Shown here one piece after another: positions 1 through 10,384 of a DNA stretch of 64,000 bases. Positions within the stretch are counted from its first letter, which is position 1, and each line of letters opens with the position of its first letter. A model generated the notes under the pieces. It did no database searches, was not told where the DNA came from, and saw nothing but the letters and a program-made list of their open reading frames with translations. The translations under genes and the position numbers were made by a program. The DNA is from Cyanophyceae cyanobacterium (GTDB taxonomy: Bacteria > Cyanobacteriota > Cyanobacteriia > Cyanobacteriales > JBHJGN01). The stretch lies in the NCBI GenBank assembly GCA_050331735.1, contig JBHJGN010000048.1, positions 29,125 to 93,124 of the forward strand. Reading direction: 5' to 3'.

Positions 1-171
1 GGTCCGTGTAGCCGTGAATGGTTTCCCTGCATAGTGACTGGCGTTTTTGAAGTCTCTGCCGGCGAAGATGGCTATACTAACTGCTCGATTCGCTTCGATG
101 ATGGAGCTGAATTTGAAATTCAGGGAGTTTACCAGTGGAATCGCTACTATTGGCGTTTTGCTCAGAAGTAA
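1..171 (+). CDS. 3' end of a hypothetical protein, truncated by the window edge (GPCSREWFPCIV...YQWNRYYWRFAQK*)
   Basis: Open frame 1 from base 1 to TAA at 169-171, translated by hand. Confidence 0.6.
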   Translation, partial: GPCSREWFPCIVTGVFEVSAGEDGYTNCSIRFDDGAEFEIQGVYQWNRYYWRFAQK

Positions 172-229
172 ATTTGAGTGAGTAGGTGATCGCTAGCATA
201 GAAATGCAAGTGCCAAATCAAGCAGAAAC

Positions 230-619
230 ATGACAGACAGCACAGACAACGACCGCTTTTCGAGAATAGAAACCGTTCTAGAGACCCTAGCGAATCAAAC
301 ACAGGCTAACGCACAATCGATTCAGTCTCTGGAGACTCTTACCAGGGCTAACGCACAATCGATTCAGTCTCTGGAGAATCAAACAAGGTCAAATGCTAGA
401 TCAATTCAAGCTCTAACTGACAACTTAAATCGCGCCGAAGCTCAAGCTGCTGCCGATCGCTCAAGACTTTATGAAGCAATGGCCGATCTAGCAAATGCTC
501 AAGCCGCATACTATCGCCGTTTAGAAGTTCAGGATCAGTTAGTCTTAACTCTGGCCCGCCGCCAAGGAGAAATTGTAGAAATTCTGAAGCTATTAAGCTC
601 TCGGGAGGACAATAGCTAG
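230..619 (+). CDS. Hypothetical coiled-coil protein with internal 14-aa repeats
   Basis: 129-aa ORF; ANAQSIQSLE repeated at a 42-bp period; heptad pattern. Confidence 0.75.
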   Translation: MTDSTDNDRFSRIETVLETLANQTQANAQSIQSLETLTRANAQSIQSLENQTRSNARSIQALTDNLNRAEAQAAADRSRLYEAMADLANAQAAYYRRLEVQDQLVLTLARRQGEIVEILKLLSSREDNS

Positions 620-711
620 TTAACCTGAATCGAAAATGTACGATACAAAGTTAAACAAGAGCTGCAAATTTTGTGACTAGGGACTTTCTCTCTTTGCCCT
701 GTTCCAATTTT

Positions 712-1650
712 TTATCGTTCAGTCACTCCTTTACCAAAAAATTTTGGGGGTTCCTTAAGAGTATAGACGGTGGTTGCTACCTCAATGGCCCGACGAATAT
801 AAAGAGGGGTTTGCAAAATGCCGAGAAGAGTCGTGCCGTCTAAAAAACGTAATCCACTGATCTTGGAGAGCTGTCGATCGACTGCGGCTAGATCGGGCTG
901 AGTTTGAATTGCATTCTCAGAACACAGCGCAAATCCCCAGGGTTGCCCGTAGGAGGGAGTATGGCTAGAAAAGGCGTGAACGTTGGTAAAAACGGCTTTT
1001 AAAGTATTCACTAGACGAGCATGCAAAGTGAGTCCAATTGGCGAGACGGGTCCGGCTTGAACGGCCACGTATCCTCCCGGTGCTAACGCTTGTTTCAGTT
1101 TGTGGAAATACTCTTGGGTGAAGAGTGCAAACGACGGACCTTCTTCAATAGGATCGGAGAGATCTGAAATAATTAGATCCCACTGCTCGGAGGTGTGCTC
1201 TAATACTTCTAGAGCGTCGGCAATGAGCAACTCTACTCTTGGATCATCAAAGGCATCTTGGTGCATTTCTGGTAAGTGTTCTTGACAAGCCTGCACCACC
1301 TCTCCATCGATGTCGATCATGGTGACTTTTTCAACGGTCTGCCACCGCAGCACTTCCCGGAGCGTCGCTCCCTCTCCGCCACCGAGAACGAGAACTTTCT
1401 TGGGAGCGCCGTGGGCGATCGCTGCTGGATGAACGAGGGTTTCGTGGTAAATAAACTCATCCCCCGTGCAGGACTGCCATTTCCCATCGAGAACCAGCCC
1501 TTTCCCGTAGGCGCCAGATTCAACAATGTACATTTCCTGATAGGCCGTTTTCCGATAGGCCAGAATCTGAGTCACGCCGTGAGCATAAATATCCCACGGC
1601 GTTATGTATTCATTGATCCATAAGTCGGCTTGAACTTCACTACCTGCCAT
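712..1650 (-). CDS. speE: Spermidine synthase (polyamine aminopropyltransferase)
   Basis: GLVLDGKWQS, DEFIYHE, VLVLGGGEGATLRE and IISDLSDP motifs; GAGGAGG RBS. Confidence 0.9.
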   Translation of the reverse strand: MAGSEVQADLWINEYITPWDIYAHGVTQILAYRKTAYQEMYIVESGAYGKGLVLDGKWQSCTGDEFIYHETLVHPAAIAHGAPKKVLVLGGGEGATLREVLRWQTVEKVTMIDIDGEVVQACQEHLPEMHQDAFDDPRVELLIADALEVLEHTSEQWDLIISDLSDPIEEGPSFALFTQEYFHKLKQALAPGGYVAVQAGPVSPIGLTLHARLVNTLKAVFTNVHAFSSHTPSYGQPWGFALCSENAIQTQPDLAAVDRQLSKISGLRFLDGTTLLGILQTPLYIRRAIEVATTVYTLKEPPKFFGKGVTER

Positions 1651-1763
1651 CGTTCCCTCCTCAAATGTTGATGGTTAATGGTTGATTGGAGGCTTGACGA
1701 GCGCCATCAACAATCAACCATCAGCAATTGTTCGCGTTATTTTCTACTCAAGCACCAATAAGT

Positions 1764-2489
1764 TTAAACTGAAGCTATCGCTTGCTCGTAGCGCCGATTC
1801 ACTTCGTCCCAATTGAGGGTATTCCACCACTGCTTGAGATATTCGCCTCGGTTATTGCGGTACTTAAGGTAGTAGGCGTGTTCCCAAACGTCGTTCCCCA
1901 TAATCGGATACATCCCTGACATGAGTGGACTATCTTGATTAAGGGTGTTCATTACCTTTAACGTACCGCCGTCAGCAACCAGCCAGGCCCACCCGCTGCC
2001 GAAGCGTTGGCTACCAGCATTGTTGAACGCTTCTTGAAACGCCTCAAAGCTACCAAAGATATCGTCGATGGCTGTGGCAATCGCTCCCGTTGGATTACCG
2101 CCGCCGTTGGGACTCATAATCTCCCAAAACATCTTGTGGTTGACGTAGCCCCCACCATTATTGATCACGGTGGTGCGGATATCTTCTGGCAACCTGTCAA
2201 TGTTGCGGAGTAACTCTTCAGCACTTTGACTCTGCAACTCCGGGTAGCGACTGACGGCTCCATTGAGGTTTTTGGTATAGCCTGCATGATGCTTATCGTG
2301 ATGGAAGCGCATTGTTTCTGCGTCGATGTAGGGTTCGAGGGCATCATAGCTGTAGGGGAGCGGCGGTAGTTCAAATGGTCCGTCCTCGTCTGAGGTTTGA
2401 GCAGCAGCAAGACGAGGTAGAGACCCTAGGGCAGCAGCCCCAACTGTTACAGAGACAAAGTAAAGAAAATTGCGACGATTAAAAATCAT
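1764..2489 (-). CDS. sodA: Mn-type superoxide dismutase with twin-arginine (Tat) signal
   Basis: [40 protein letters not shown]-terminal NRRNFL plus hydrophobic stretch; ATG at 2489 chosen. Confidence 0.9.
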   Translation of the reverse strand: MIFNRRNFLYFVSVTVGAAALGSLPRLAAAQTSDEDGPFELPPLPYSYDALEPYIDAETMRFHHDKHHAGYTKNLNGAVSRYPELQSQSAEELLRNIDRLPEDIRTTVINNGGGYVNHKMFWEIMSPNGGGNPTGAIATAIDDIFGSFEAFQEAFNNAGSQRFGSGWAWLVADGGTLKVMNTLNQDSPLMSGMYPIMGNDVWEHAYYLKYRNNRGEYLKQWWNTLNWDEVNRRYEQAIASV

Positions 2490-2622
2490 AATTTCGATCA
2501 ACTAAATGCAGGTTGTTAGCGACGTGCTTGTTCCAATTATCTGTGGTTGTGTGAACCTTCTAGTACCTGTTGAGGTTATTTTTCCACAAAATCGCACGTT
2601 CGACGCTTCGAGCATTCAGCCG

Positions 2623-3627
2623 TCAGCTCGTCTTTGGGGATGATGCCAAATCAAGTTCTTGCTTGAGCAGGTTAATAGCTCGATCGCCGATGTAATTAGC
2701 GCTACAAATGACATCGGGAGGACGAATGAGATGTTCTCTGGCTTCTAAGACTGCTTGCTTGACGGTAGCATAACTGGCTGAATCGCTAATAATTGTATGG
2801 GTAGAGCGAACCAACGCCTGAAGACGCTCGCCGTCGCTAGCTTGGGCCGTCATAATCAGGAGCTCGTCTCCGCGCAAGCTGTGAACGATGGTTTCTGCCA
2901 CTCCGAGCGTAGCTTTACTGAGGCTAACAATCCCCAAGCAGGCTTCCTTGGGCAGATGCTTGACAATCTCTAGCTCTTTAACGTAGTCGTAGATATCAAT
3001 TGGAATGACGCGAGCAGATTTAGCAGCAACAGCGGCTAACACTTCTCCAATAAAGTAACGCAGCGTGACTACAGTAGCGAAGTCGGATGGCCCAAGCCGG
3101 GTCGTGAGGTCTTCAAGAGCCACGAGTTCGACAGGAATTTCCAACGCTTGCTCGAGTTCTTGATGAACGAGTTCTCCGGCAAAAATATCTCTCGTCGGAA
3201 CCGTGACAACGACTCGCGCACTACAGCGCTTGCGCCAGTCAATCTCTGCTAAAAATAGCTCCTGGATCTGAGAGAGAGTACAGCCTTGAGCGAGGAGCCG
3301 ATCGATGCTGGCTTGAATGAGCTTGGTTGCTTTGGGAAATTGCTTGAGCAGCGGAGACGTGCCTTTCCCTTCTGGCTCCTGGACTTTAACGTAAATTCCT
3401 GAGCCAGCTAAAGATTCGACTAGCCCGGTTTCTTCAAGCTGCCGATAGACCTTACTAATCGTGTTCCGGTGCAGCCCGGTCATCATGGCCAGTTGACGGG
3501 TGCTGGGGAGCCGATGACCGGGAAGATACTGCCCGGAGGCGATCGCAAACTGGATTTGCTCTAATAGCTGCTTAGAGGCCGGAATTTCACTGTCTGCTTG
3601 AATGTGGAACTGAAGCATGGTTGCCAA
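2623..3627 (-). CDS. plmA: GntR-family regulator, cyanobacterial PlmA type
   Basis: GntR wHTH (LPSTRQLA...HRNTISKVYRQLEETGL) plus long cyanobacterial C-terminus; divergent from dienelactone hydrolase. Confidence 0.8.
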   Translation of the reverse strand: MATMLQFHIQADSEIPASKQLLEQIQFAIASGQYLPGHRLPSTRQLAMMTGLHRNTISKVYRQLEETGLVESLAGSGIYVKVQEPEGKGTSPLLKQFPKATKLIQASIDRLLAQGCTLSQIQELFLAEIDWRKRCSARVVVTVPTRDIFAGELVHQELEQALEIPVELVALEDLTTRLGPSDFATVVTLRYFIGEVLAAVAAKSARVIPIDIYDYVKELEIVKHLPKEACLGIVSLSKATLGVAETIVHSLRGDELLIMTAQASDGERLQALVRSTHTIISDSASYATVKQAVLEAREHLIRPPDVICSANYIGDRAINLLKQELDLASSPKTS

Positions 3628-3736
3628 GCCAACTAAGAACTCAGGATTGATCGCTGTGATTCTATTTTAATTCTTTTGTTCTCTTTATTATTGTCTCTCG
3701 CTCTTAGAATAAGAAGCAGAATTCAAGGGCAGGCGC

Positions 3737-4462
3737 ATGCAGGAAATTCACACTCAACAGGTTCAGGTTTACGGGGATTTGGCCATTGATGCCTATTTAG
3801 CGATGCCAGAAGGGCCTGGTCCTTTTCCTGGCGTGGTTGTTATTCAAGAGATTTTTGGAGTCAATGACCATATCCGCGATGTGACTCGCCGGTTAGCCAA
3901 AGAGGGATATGCGGCGGTCGCCCCGGCGATTTATCAGCGTCAAGCCCCCGGTTTTGAAGCAGGATACACTGTAGCCGACTTAAAAACGGGCAGAACCTAC
4001 AAAAATCAAACGCAAGCGTCTGAACTATTGAGCGATATTCGCGCCGCCATCACCTACTTGCATACCCTAGATGTAAAAAGAAGTGGCGTGGGCTGCATTG
4101 GTTTTTGCTTTGGCGGTCATGTTGCTTATCTAGCCGCTACCCTCGATGAAGTGAAAGCGACGGCTTCTTGCTATGGCGCAGGCATCGCCACCAGCACCCC
4201 GGGAGGAGGGCAACCAACCATCACCAAAACAAAAGAAATTACTGGTACTGTCTATGCCTTTTTTGGCTTAGAAGACGAACTGATTCCGGTGGAGCAAGTA
4301 GACGAGATTGAAGCGGCACTGCAACAGCACAACGTCGAGCATCGGGTCTTTCGCTACGCTGGTGCTGGTCACGGGTTTCTGTGCGATCAGCGCTCAAGCT
4401 ATGTGCCCGCAGCCGCAGAGGATGCTTGGAATCATGTGCTAGAGTTGTTTAGCTATCTGTAG
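3737..4462 (+). CDS. Dienelactone hydrolase family protein
   Basis: QEIFGVN, GFCFGG nucleophile motif, GHGF. Confidence 0.9.
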   Translation: MQEIHTQQVQVYGDLAIDAYLAMPEGPGPFPGVVVIQEIFGVNDHIRDVTRRLAKEGYAAVAPAIYQRQAPGFEAGYTVADLKTGRTYKNQTQASELLSDIRAAITYLHTLDVKRSGVGCIGFCFGGHVAYLAATLDEVKATASCYGAGIATSTPGGGQPTITKTKEITGTVYAFFGLEDELIPVEQVDEIEAALQQHNVEHRVFRYAGAGHGFLCDQRSSYVPAAAEDAWNHVLELFSYL

Positions 4463-4539
4463 CACGGCAGGATTAATCCGCCCGGTTATCCCTAGCGCTC
4501 TAGGCTCGCGTATTTAGTCTATTTCTCTATCCCAAATCC

Positions 4540-5415
4540 ATGTCTTCTCAACCTAGCTTTTCTCAAGATGATTTTGCTCAAGCCCTCGAACAGTATAATT
4601 ATGACTTCAAAAAGGGACAGATCGTGCGGGGCAAGGTTTACGAATATGGCTCTGAAGGAGCCTATGTAGACATTGGCGGGAAATCTTCCGGGTTTGTTCC
4701 TTACTCAGAGGTGTCTTTAGGCTCGGATGCCGACCTGGCTGAGTTGCCAAAAGACGAAGAGCTAGATTTCCTCATTCTCAAAGAGCAGAATGCTGACGGT
4801 CAGGTGACTCTCTCTCGCCGTCAGCTTCAGATTCGGCAGGCTTGGGAAGAGGTAGTAGAATTAGCCGATAGCGGTTCTTCCGGTCATCTACGAGTGACTG
4901 GAACTAACAAAGGAGGAGTTGTCGGTGAGGTTTTGGGCTTAAGAGGGTTTATTCCGCGATCGCACCTGATCGAAAAAGATGATTTAGACTCTCTGGTGGG
5001 ACAAACTTTGAGCGCTACTTTTTTAGAAGTCGATCCCGAGCGCAATAAGCTTGTCCTTTCCCAACGCGATGCCGCCCGCGCCGCCGTTATTTCTCGCTTA
5101 GAACGAGGACAGCTTGTCGCCGGAAAAGTAGCCAGTATCAAACCCTATGGTGTGTTTGTCGATTTAGACGAGGTAACGGGGCTGCTGCACATCAAGCAGG
5201 TAAGCGGCTCTCATATCGATTCGCTCAACACCTTATTTAAGATCGGACAGCCGATTCAGGTGATGATTCTGGAACTAGATGAGTTCAAAAACCGCATTTC
5301 TTTGTCTACTAAAGTTTTAGAGAACTATCCGGGGGAGATTTTAGAAAACATGGACGAAGTGATGGCTAGTGCCCCCGAACGAGCCGAGCAAGCGAAAAGT
5401 AAAGGGCTAACTTAG
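4540..5415 (+). CDS. S1 RNA-binding protein (ribosomal protein S1 homologue B)
   Basis: Three S1 domains (GAYVDIGGK, GFIPRSHL, YGVFVDL...GLLHI). Confidence 0.85.
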   Translation: MSSQPSFSQDDFAQALEQYNYDFKKGQIVRGKVYEYGSEGAYVDIGGKSSGFVPYSEVSLGSDADLAELPKDEELDFLILKEQNADGQVTLSRRQLQIRQAWEEVVELADSGSSGHLRVTGTNKGGVVGEVLGLRGFIPRSHLIEKDDLDSLVGQTLSATFLEVDPERNKLVLSQRDAARAAVISRLERGQLVAGKVASIKPYGVFVDLDEVTGLLHIKQVSGSHIDSLNTLFKIGQPIQVMILELDEFKNRISLSTKVLENYPGEILENMDEVMASAPERAEQAKSKGLT

Positions 5416-5584
5416 CCCATCGCCATGCCTTGGGTTGTCTTTGTCTTGCTCACAGAAAAGCGTCAGGGACTAGGGGGTTGTTGGAGCATCGAAGGCAATG
5501 GTAGCAAAAAAAACATTGCAGCACCCCAAAGAGCCACTGCTGCCTAGCTCCTTGAACGTAATGGTCTTGGCATCAACACCCGGT

Positions 5585-6295
5585 TTAATCGGAACTTTGG
5601 CTTGCTTCATTTTTTTCCTGGGCTTCTTGCTCGCGCTGCTCCCGTTTTTTGCGATCAGCTTCTAGGGTTTCCTGCAAGACTTTAAGAAGCTGCTCCACTT
5701 TTTCTAGGTTGCCACGATAAAATTCCAGATCTTTCATCATCTTCTCGGCTGGCAGATTAAGAACTTCAGCAAGCTGCTCTAACGCTCGATTCCGCTTTTT
5801 TTCTTCTTTAACATCTTCTGGAATTGCGGCTTCTAACAGGGTATATAAACCAATGGCAAACAGCCGACTGTACTTAAAGTGCGGATTGTCGGAAATCTCT
5901 GCTACCGCCTCCGCCAGTTTCTCTTCTCCGGGAGAGGGGATAGGAGACTGTAACCACGACACTAGCTCCTCGGCAGAGGATAACCGTTCTCCTAAAGCCA
6001 GAGCACTCTCGGCTTCCGTGCGATACTGCTGCGGATCGTTACCAACCGCCTGACAAAGCGCAGAAAAAATCGATTCTTTATCCTGTTCAGGTCGATACCC
6101 CTGCATCAACCGATAGAAAGAGGTAAACACACCTAAACAATAAATTGGGTCGCTCTTAAATTCAGAATTAACAGAGAGCAGATGCATTTCTACGAGCAGC
6201 TCTTCCACGACCCGCCGGTAAATTGAATTGATGGGGCGAGTATGATGAGCATAAAATTCTCTCTTGGTATCCGAGACGGTGCGAACCTTATTCAC
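5585..6295 (-). CDS. psb29: Photosystem II biogenesis protein Psb29/Thf1
   Basis: RTVSDTKREF, RRVVEELLVEMHLL, FKYSRLFAIGL; GTG start at 6295 inferred. Confidence 0.92.
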   Translation of the reverse strand: MNKVRTVSDTKREFYAHHTRPINSIYRRVVEELLVEMHLLSVNSEFKSDPIYCLGVFTSFYRLMQGYRPEQDKESIFSALCQAVGNDPQQYRTEAESALALGERLSSAEELVSWLQSPIPSPGEEKLAEAVAEISDNPHFKYSRLFAIGLYTLLEAAIPEDVKEEKKRNRALEQLAEVLNLPAEKMMKDLEFYRGNLEKVEQLLKVLQETLEADRKKREQREQEAQEKNEASQSSD

Positions 6296-6449
6296 AAAGC
6301 AGACTTTAATAGACACTGTTTTACCATTCTCTCGCTTTAAGAGCCGTTTGCCAAGAAAATAGTAACCACGAACAACGAAACGAGCAAAGTCGTCTAGACT
6401 GCTTTGTTTCTTCTACTTCAGTCTTGATCCTTTACACTCAACCATCCTC

Positions 6450-7052
6450 ATGTTTTCTTCAAAATTAAAAGCTTTAGGACAGTATTTAGCAGGAGAATTT
6501 GATAACCGCCAGCAGGCGATCGAAAACCCAGCCTGGTATGTTCATCTGCGTTTATGGAAGCGACCCGTTCCTATTTTTACCGAAGATAGCCTTGCTTTGT
6601 ATGCCGAACAAGTCAATATGATTCATCCAGACAATCCCTATCGTCCGCGATTACTGCGACTGCGCCAGCATCAGGAAACGCTGCAAGTTCGGTATTATAT
6701 GCTCAAAGACATGGCCGCCTTCAAAGGCGCTGGACAGAATCCTGAGCGGCTATCGCAGCTAACCTCAGAGCAAGTTGAGTTCTTGCCGGAGTGTACTCTT
6801 AACGTCGCAGCGGAGCCACTCGCGCCGCAGCGCTACCGCTTCCGCACGTCTCCTGCTTCTGGTGAACCCTGTTCTTTTACCTATCAGGGGAATCGAATTA
6901 AGATTGCTCTTGGCTTTGAAGTAACAGCCGACGAGCTGCTGATTTTTGATAAAGGCATCGACCCAAACACTGGCAAAGCGACTTGGGGCGCTTTGATGGG
7001 TCCGTTTCGCTTGACTAAACGCCAAGATTTTGCTGGAGAGTTCCCAGTCTAG
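6450..7052 (+). CDS. CpcT/CpeT-type phycobiliprotein chromophore lyase
   Basis: LAGEFDNRQQA...WYVHLRLW, PYRPR, DKGIDP...WGA; next to psb29. Confidence 0.85.
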   Translation: MFSSKLKALGQYLAGEFDNRQQAIENPAWYVHLRLWKRPVPIFTEDSLALYAEQVNMIHPDNPYRPRLLRLRQHQETLQVRYYMLKDMAAFKGAGQNPERLSQLTSEQVEFLPECTLNVAAEPLAPQRYRFRTSPASGEPCSFTYQGNRIKIALGFEVTADELLIFDKGIDPNTGKATWGALMGPFRLTKRQDFAGEFPV

Positions 7053-7356
7053 AATAGTTGTCTCAACCGCATCCGATACGCTACTCACCTGAAGACAATT
7101 CTCTGAGTAATACAAAAAGCCAGAAATTGCAAAGCAAAGATTAAGGAGATGAAAAAAGCGGCAATCATTATTCTAGGCAGACACTTTTAGAGGAGCAAGT
7201 GGAGCTGTCTGCCCCCAACTTGCTGAATTTAACTGTTCATGACTAGAGGCTAGCTCATCAATATTAAGCAAAGCAACTACAAGGTGCAAAATCTATTGAT
7301 AAGATGCTCTCTAGTACTTGTGTCAGGCGATGCTGGCTCAGAATTGGTAAAAATAG

Positions 7357-8379
7357 TTACAAACTGGCCCAATCTTGAGGCTGGAGAAACTTCTCATATA
7401 GCTCTGCTTCTGGAGAATTGGGTTCTGGCTGAAAATTATATTCCCAGCGAACTAGAGGCGGTAGGGACATTAAAATTGATTCTGTGCGTCCGTTGGTCTG
7501 TAGCCCAAAGATGGTGCCTCGATCGTAAACCAGATTAAATTCAACGTAGCGTCCCCGGCGATAAAGCTGAAAGTTGCGTTGGCGATCGCCCCATTCCAGG
7601 TCTTGACGCTTTTGTACAATCGGCACGTAGGCAGGCAAAAACGCGCGTCCGCAGTCTTGAACAAAGCTAAACAGATCGTTCCAACTCCGAGGCTCTACCG
7701 ACCCAACTTGATGAGCGTAGGTAGCGGCAAGTCCCTTGGGGTCGGGACCGCGATAGAGATCTCCTTGTCCGTGTTGATAATCAAAAAAGAGTCCTCCCAC
7801 TCCCCGCGTTTCTTGACGATGCTTGAGATAGAAATACTCATCGCACCAGCGCTTAAATACCGGGTAATATTGCGGGTGATGACGATCGCAAGCTTGCTTC
7901 AAGGTGCGATGGAAATGGACCGCATCCTCTGCAAAGGCATAGTAAGGAGTGAGATCGGCACCACCGCCAAACCACCACACCGGACCGGCTTCAAAGTAGC
8001 GGTAGTTGAGATGAACGGTAGGAACGTAGGGATTGCGCGGATGCAGCACCATTGAGGTTCCAGTGGCGTAAAACCCATGACCCTCTGCCTCGGGACGCTG
8101 TTTCAAAATAGAGGGAGGAAGCTGTTGGCCCCACACTTCAGAAAAATTAACTCCCCCTTGCTCAAACACTCCGCCTTCACGAATAACTCGCGAGCGACCG
8201 CCACCGCCTTCTTCTCGCTGCCAGCTATCTTCTTTAAACTGCTGAATGCCGTCAATTTCTTCTAGCCGATGGCAAATTTCGTCCTGTAGCGCCAGCATAA
8301 ACTGGCTGACTTTTTCTCGGGAGTCAGCAGGTGGAACGGAAATAGAAGGATTAACGTTATTTAAAGTTGTCATGGTCAC
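7357..8379 (-). CDS. hemF: Oxygen-dependent coproporphyrinogen III oxidase
   Basis: [44 protein letters not shown]. Confidence 0.97.
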   Translation of the reverse strand: MTMTTLNNVNPSISVPPADSREKVSQFMLALQDEICHRLEEIDGIQQFKEDSWQREEGGGGRSRVIREGGVFEQGGVNFSEVWGQQLPPSILKQRPEAEGHGFYATGTSMVLHPRNPYVPTVHLNYRYFEAGPVWWFGGGADLTPYYAFAEDAVHFHRTLKQACDRHHPQYYPVFKRWCDEYFYLKHRQETRGVGGLFFDYQHGQGDLYRGPDPKGLAATYAHQVGSVEPRSWNDLFSFVQDCGRAFLPAYVPIVQKRQDLEWGDRQRNFQLYRRGRYVEFNLVYDRGTIFGLQTNGRTESILMSLPPLVRWEYNFQPEPNSPEAELYEKFLQPQDWASL

Positions 8380-8582
8380 AATTAGATATTTATAGAAGTA
8401 TGGGCGTAGCTGTGGCTGTAGTCCCTAGATTACTTTAAATCTCAATCGATTATTTCAACTCTGCTGCGGCTTAACCGATCAGAGCATTCAGTCTGTAGCA
8501 AAACTTAATTAAAAAAAACTCAACTGACCGACCATTTCCTACAATAGAAAATCGGCCAGAACGTCATAATTGGAGGCGTACT

Positions 8583-9059
8583 GTGATTCTGAATTTTTCC
8601 TTCAAATTGATTGCGGGTCAAGGAAAACTATCCTGTAAGTTTTCCTTGTTTAAAACCTATCGTGCCGTTAGTACGGCTCCAGTAGATGTGTTGTGGCAAA
8701 AGCTGATTAATTTGACCGATGTTTCTTGGCATCCTCTGTTTTCTAAAACCAATGCTCCTCTGGGGCTCATTGCTAAACCGGGTTTAATCTATCACGTTGT
8801 CACTCGCCTGACTCCGATTCCGGTGAGGCTATTTGTCGAAAATGTTCGTCCTGGAGAGTTACTCAGCATTCGGGTGCTGGCCATTCCAGGAATAGAGCAA
8901 AGAATTACCTACCAGGTAGAGTCAACCCTGTGCGGCTCGTACATTTCTTACTCTATTACCTTGCGAGGCTGGTTGTCACCCCTAATCTGGTGGCTGATCA
9001 AACCCTATTCGGCTCGAGTGGCTGCTGAACTGGCCCATGCCGCAGAAAGAGGAAGCTGA
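8583..9059 (+). CDS. SRPBCC/polyketide-cyclase-like conserved cyanobacterial protein
   Basis: LWQKLINLTDVSWHPL...YQVESTLCG...LRGWLSPL pattern; start uncertain. Confidence 0.7.
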   Translation: MILNFSFKLIAGQGKLSCKFSLFKTYRAVSTAPVDVLWQKLINLTDVSWHPLFSKTNAPLGLIAKPGLIYHVVTRLTPIPVRLFVENVRPGELLSIRVLAIPGIEQRITYQVESTLCGSYISYSITLRGWLSPLIWWLIKPYSARVAAELAHAAERGS

Positions 9060-9265
9060 AAGATGGCAAAATCTCATCCGAATGGTCAACCCGCTACTAT
9101 CTAAATAGCGGTTCTCACTGAAATAAAGTGCTGCTTCACGTCCTGATTTTTGGTTGATTGTTGATGGCTCCTGACCATTGTGAGGTACACTCGATCGCTT
9201 CGAGGCTCTGGGAATGCAGATGAGGGAAATTGTTTGAAGACGACTACAGTTTATCAAAGGACGAA

Positions 9266-10330
9266 ATGCTGAATAAACAAGCTATCTTAGACGTACTCCG
9301 CCCGGTACAAGACCCCGAACTTCAAAAAAGTTTGGTGGACTTGAACATGATTCGTAATGTAGAAATCGATGACGGCAACGTTCGGTTTACGTTAGTGTTA
9401 ACCACTCCTGCTTGCCCGCTGCGGGAATTCATCGTGGAGGACTGCCAAAAGGCGGTGAAGCAGCTTCCTGGAATCAAAGAGGTAGACGTGGAGGTGACTG
9501 CCGAAACTCCACAGCAGAAAGCGCTACCGGAGCAACAAAATATTAGCGGCATCAAGAATATCGTGGCGATCTCTAGCGGGAAGGGAGGCGTTGGGAAAAG
9601 TACGGTGGCGGTAAACGTGGCCGTGGCGCTAGCGCAAACGGGAGCCAAAGTGGGCTTACTCGATGCCGATATTTATGGCCCAAACGCCCCCACGATGCTA
9701 GGAGTTTCCGAAGCTAAAGCCGTTGTTCAACAGGGCTCCCAAGGAGATGTGCTAGAACCTGTGTTCAATTACGGGGTCAAGCTGGTATCGATGGGGTTTT
9801 TAATTAATGCCGACCAGCCCGTGATCTGGCGTGGACCAATGCTCAACGGCATTATTCGTCAGTTTCTCTATCAGGTGCAGTGGGGTGAGCTAGATTATTT
9901 AATCGTTGATATGCCGCCGGGAACCGGAGACGCTCAACTAACAATGACCCAAGCGGTCCCAATGGCGGGAGCCGTGATTGTCACCACGCCTCAAACGGTG
10001 TCTTTACTCGATGCTCGTCGAGGGCTGAAGATGTTTCAGCAGTTGGGGGTCAACGTCCTGGGAATTGTGGAAAACATGAGCTACTTTATTCCGCCCGATT
10101 TGCCAGAGCGCAGCTACGATTTGTTTGGGTCTGGCGGTGGCGAGAAAGCCTCTCAGGAACTCAACGTACCGTTACTCGGCTGCGTTCCTCTCGAGATTTC
10201 TCTGCGGCAAGGCGGCGATCGCGGCATTCCGATTGTGGTAGACCAACCCGATTCAGCTTCGGCCCGCGCCCTGAGTGAGATTGCCAAACAAATTGCGGCG
10301 AAAGTGTCGCTGGCAGCACTCGTGCAGTGA
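9266..10330 (+). CDS. mrp: Mrp/NBP35 Fe-S cluster carrier ATPase
   Basis: N-terminal FeS-assembly domain (TTPACP), SGKGGVGKST, WRGPM, DMPPGTGD; ATG 9266 after AAGGA. Confidence 0.93.
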   Translation: MLNKQAILDVLRPVQDPELQKSLVDLNMIRNVEIDDGNVRFTLVLTTPACPLREFIVEDCQKAVKQLPGIKEVDVEVTAETPQQKALPEQQNISGIKNIVAISSGKGGVGKSTVAVNVAVALAQTGAKVGLLDADIYGPNAPTMLGVSEAKAVVQQGSQGDVLEPVFNYGVKLVSMGFLINADQPVIWRGPMLNGIIRQFLYQVQWGELDYLIVDMPPGTGDAQLTMTQAVPMAGAVIVTTPQTVSLLDARRGLKMFQQLGVNVLGIVENMSYFIPPDLPERSYDLFGSGGGEKASQELNVPLLGCVPLEISLRQGGDRGIPIVVDQPDSASARALSEIAKQIAAKVSLAALVQ

Positions 10331-10377
10331 CCAGTGACCAGTTTTTAGTTAACTTAGTAACTGATAACTGGTCACTG
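10325..10377. repeat. CAGTGAC/AACTGAT heptamer repeats in inverted arrangement
   Basis: CAGTGACCAGTGACCAGT...AACTGATAACTGGTCACTG; same family at 16677-16811 and 36461-36516. Confidence 0.75.
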
Positions 10378-10384
10378 AGAAAAG

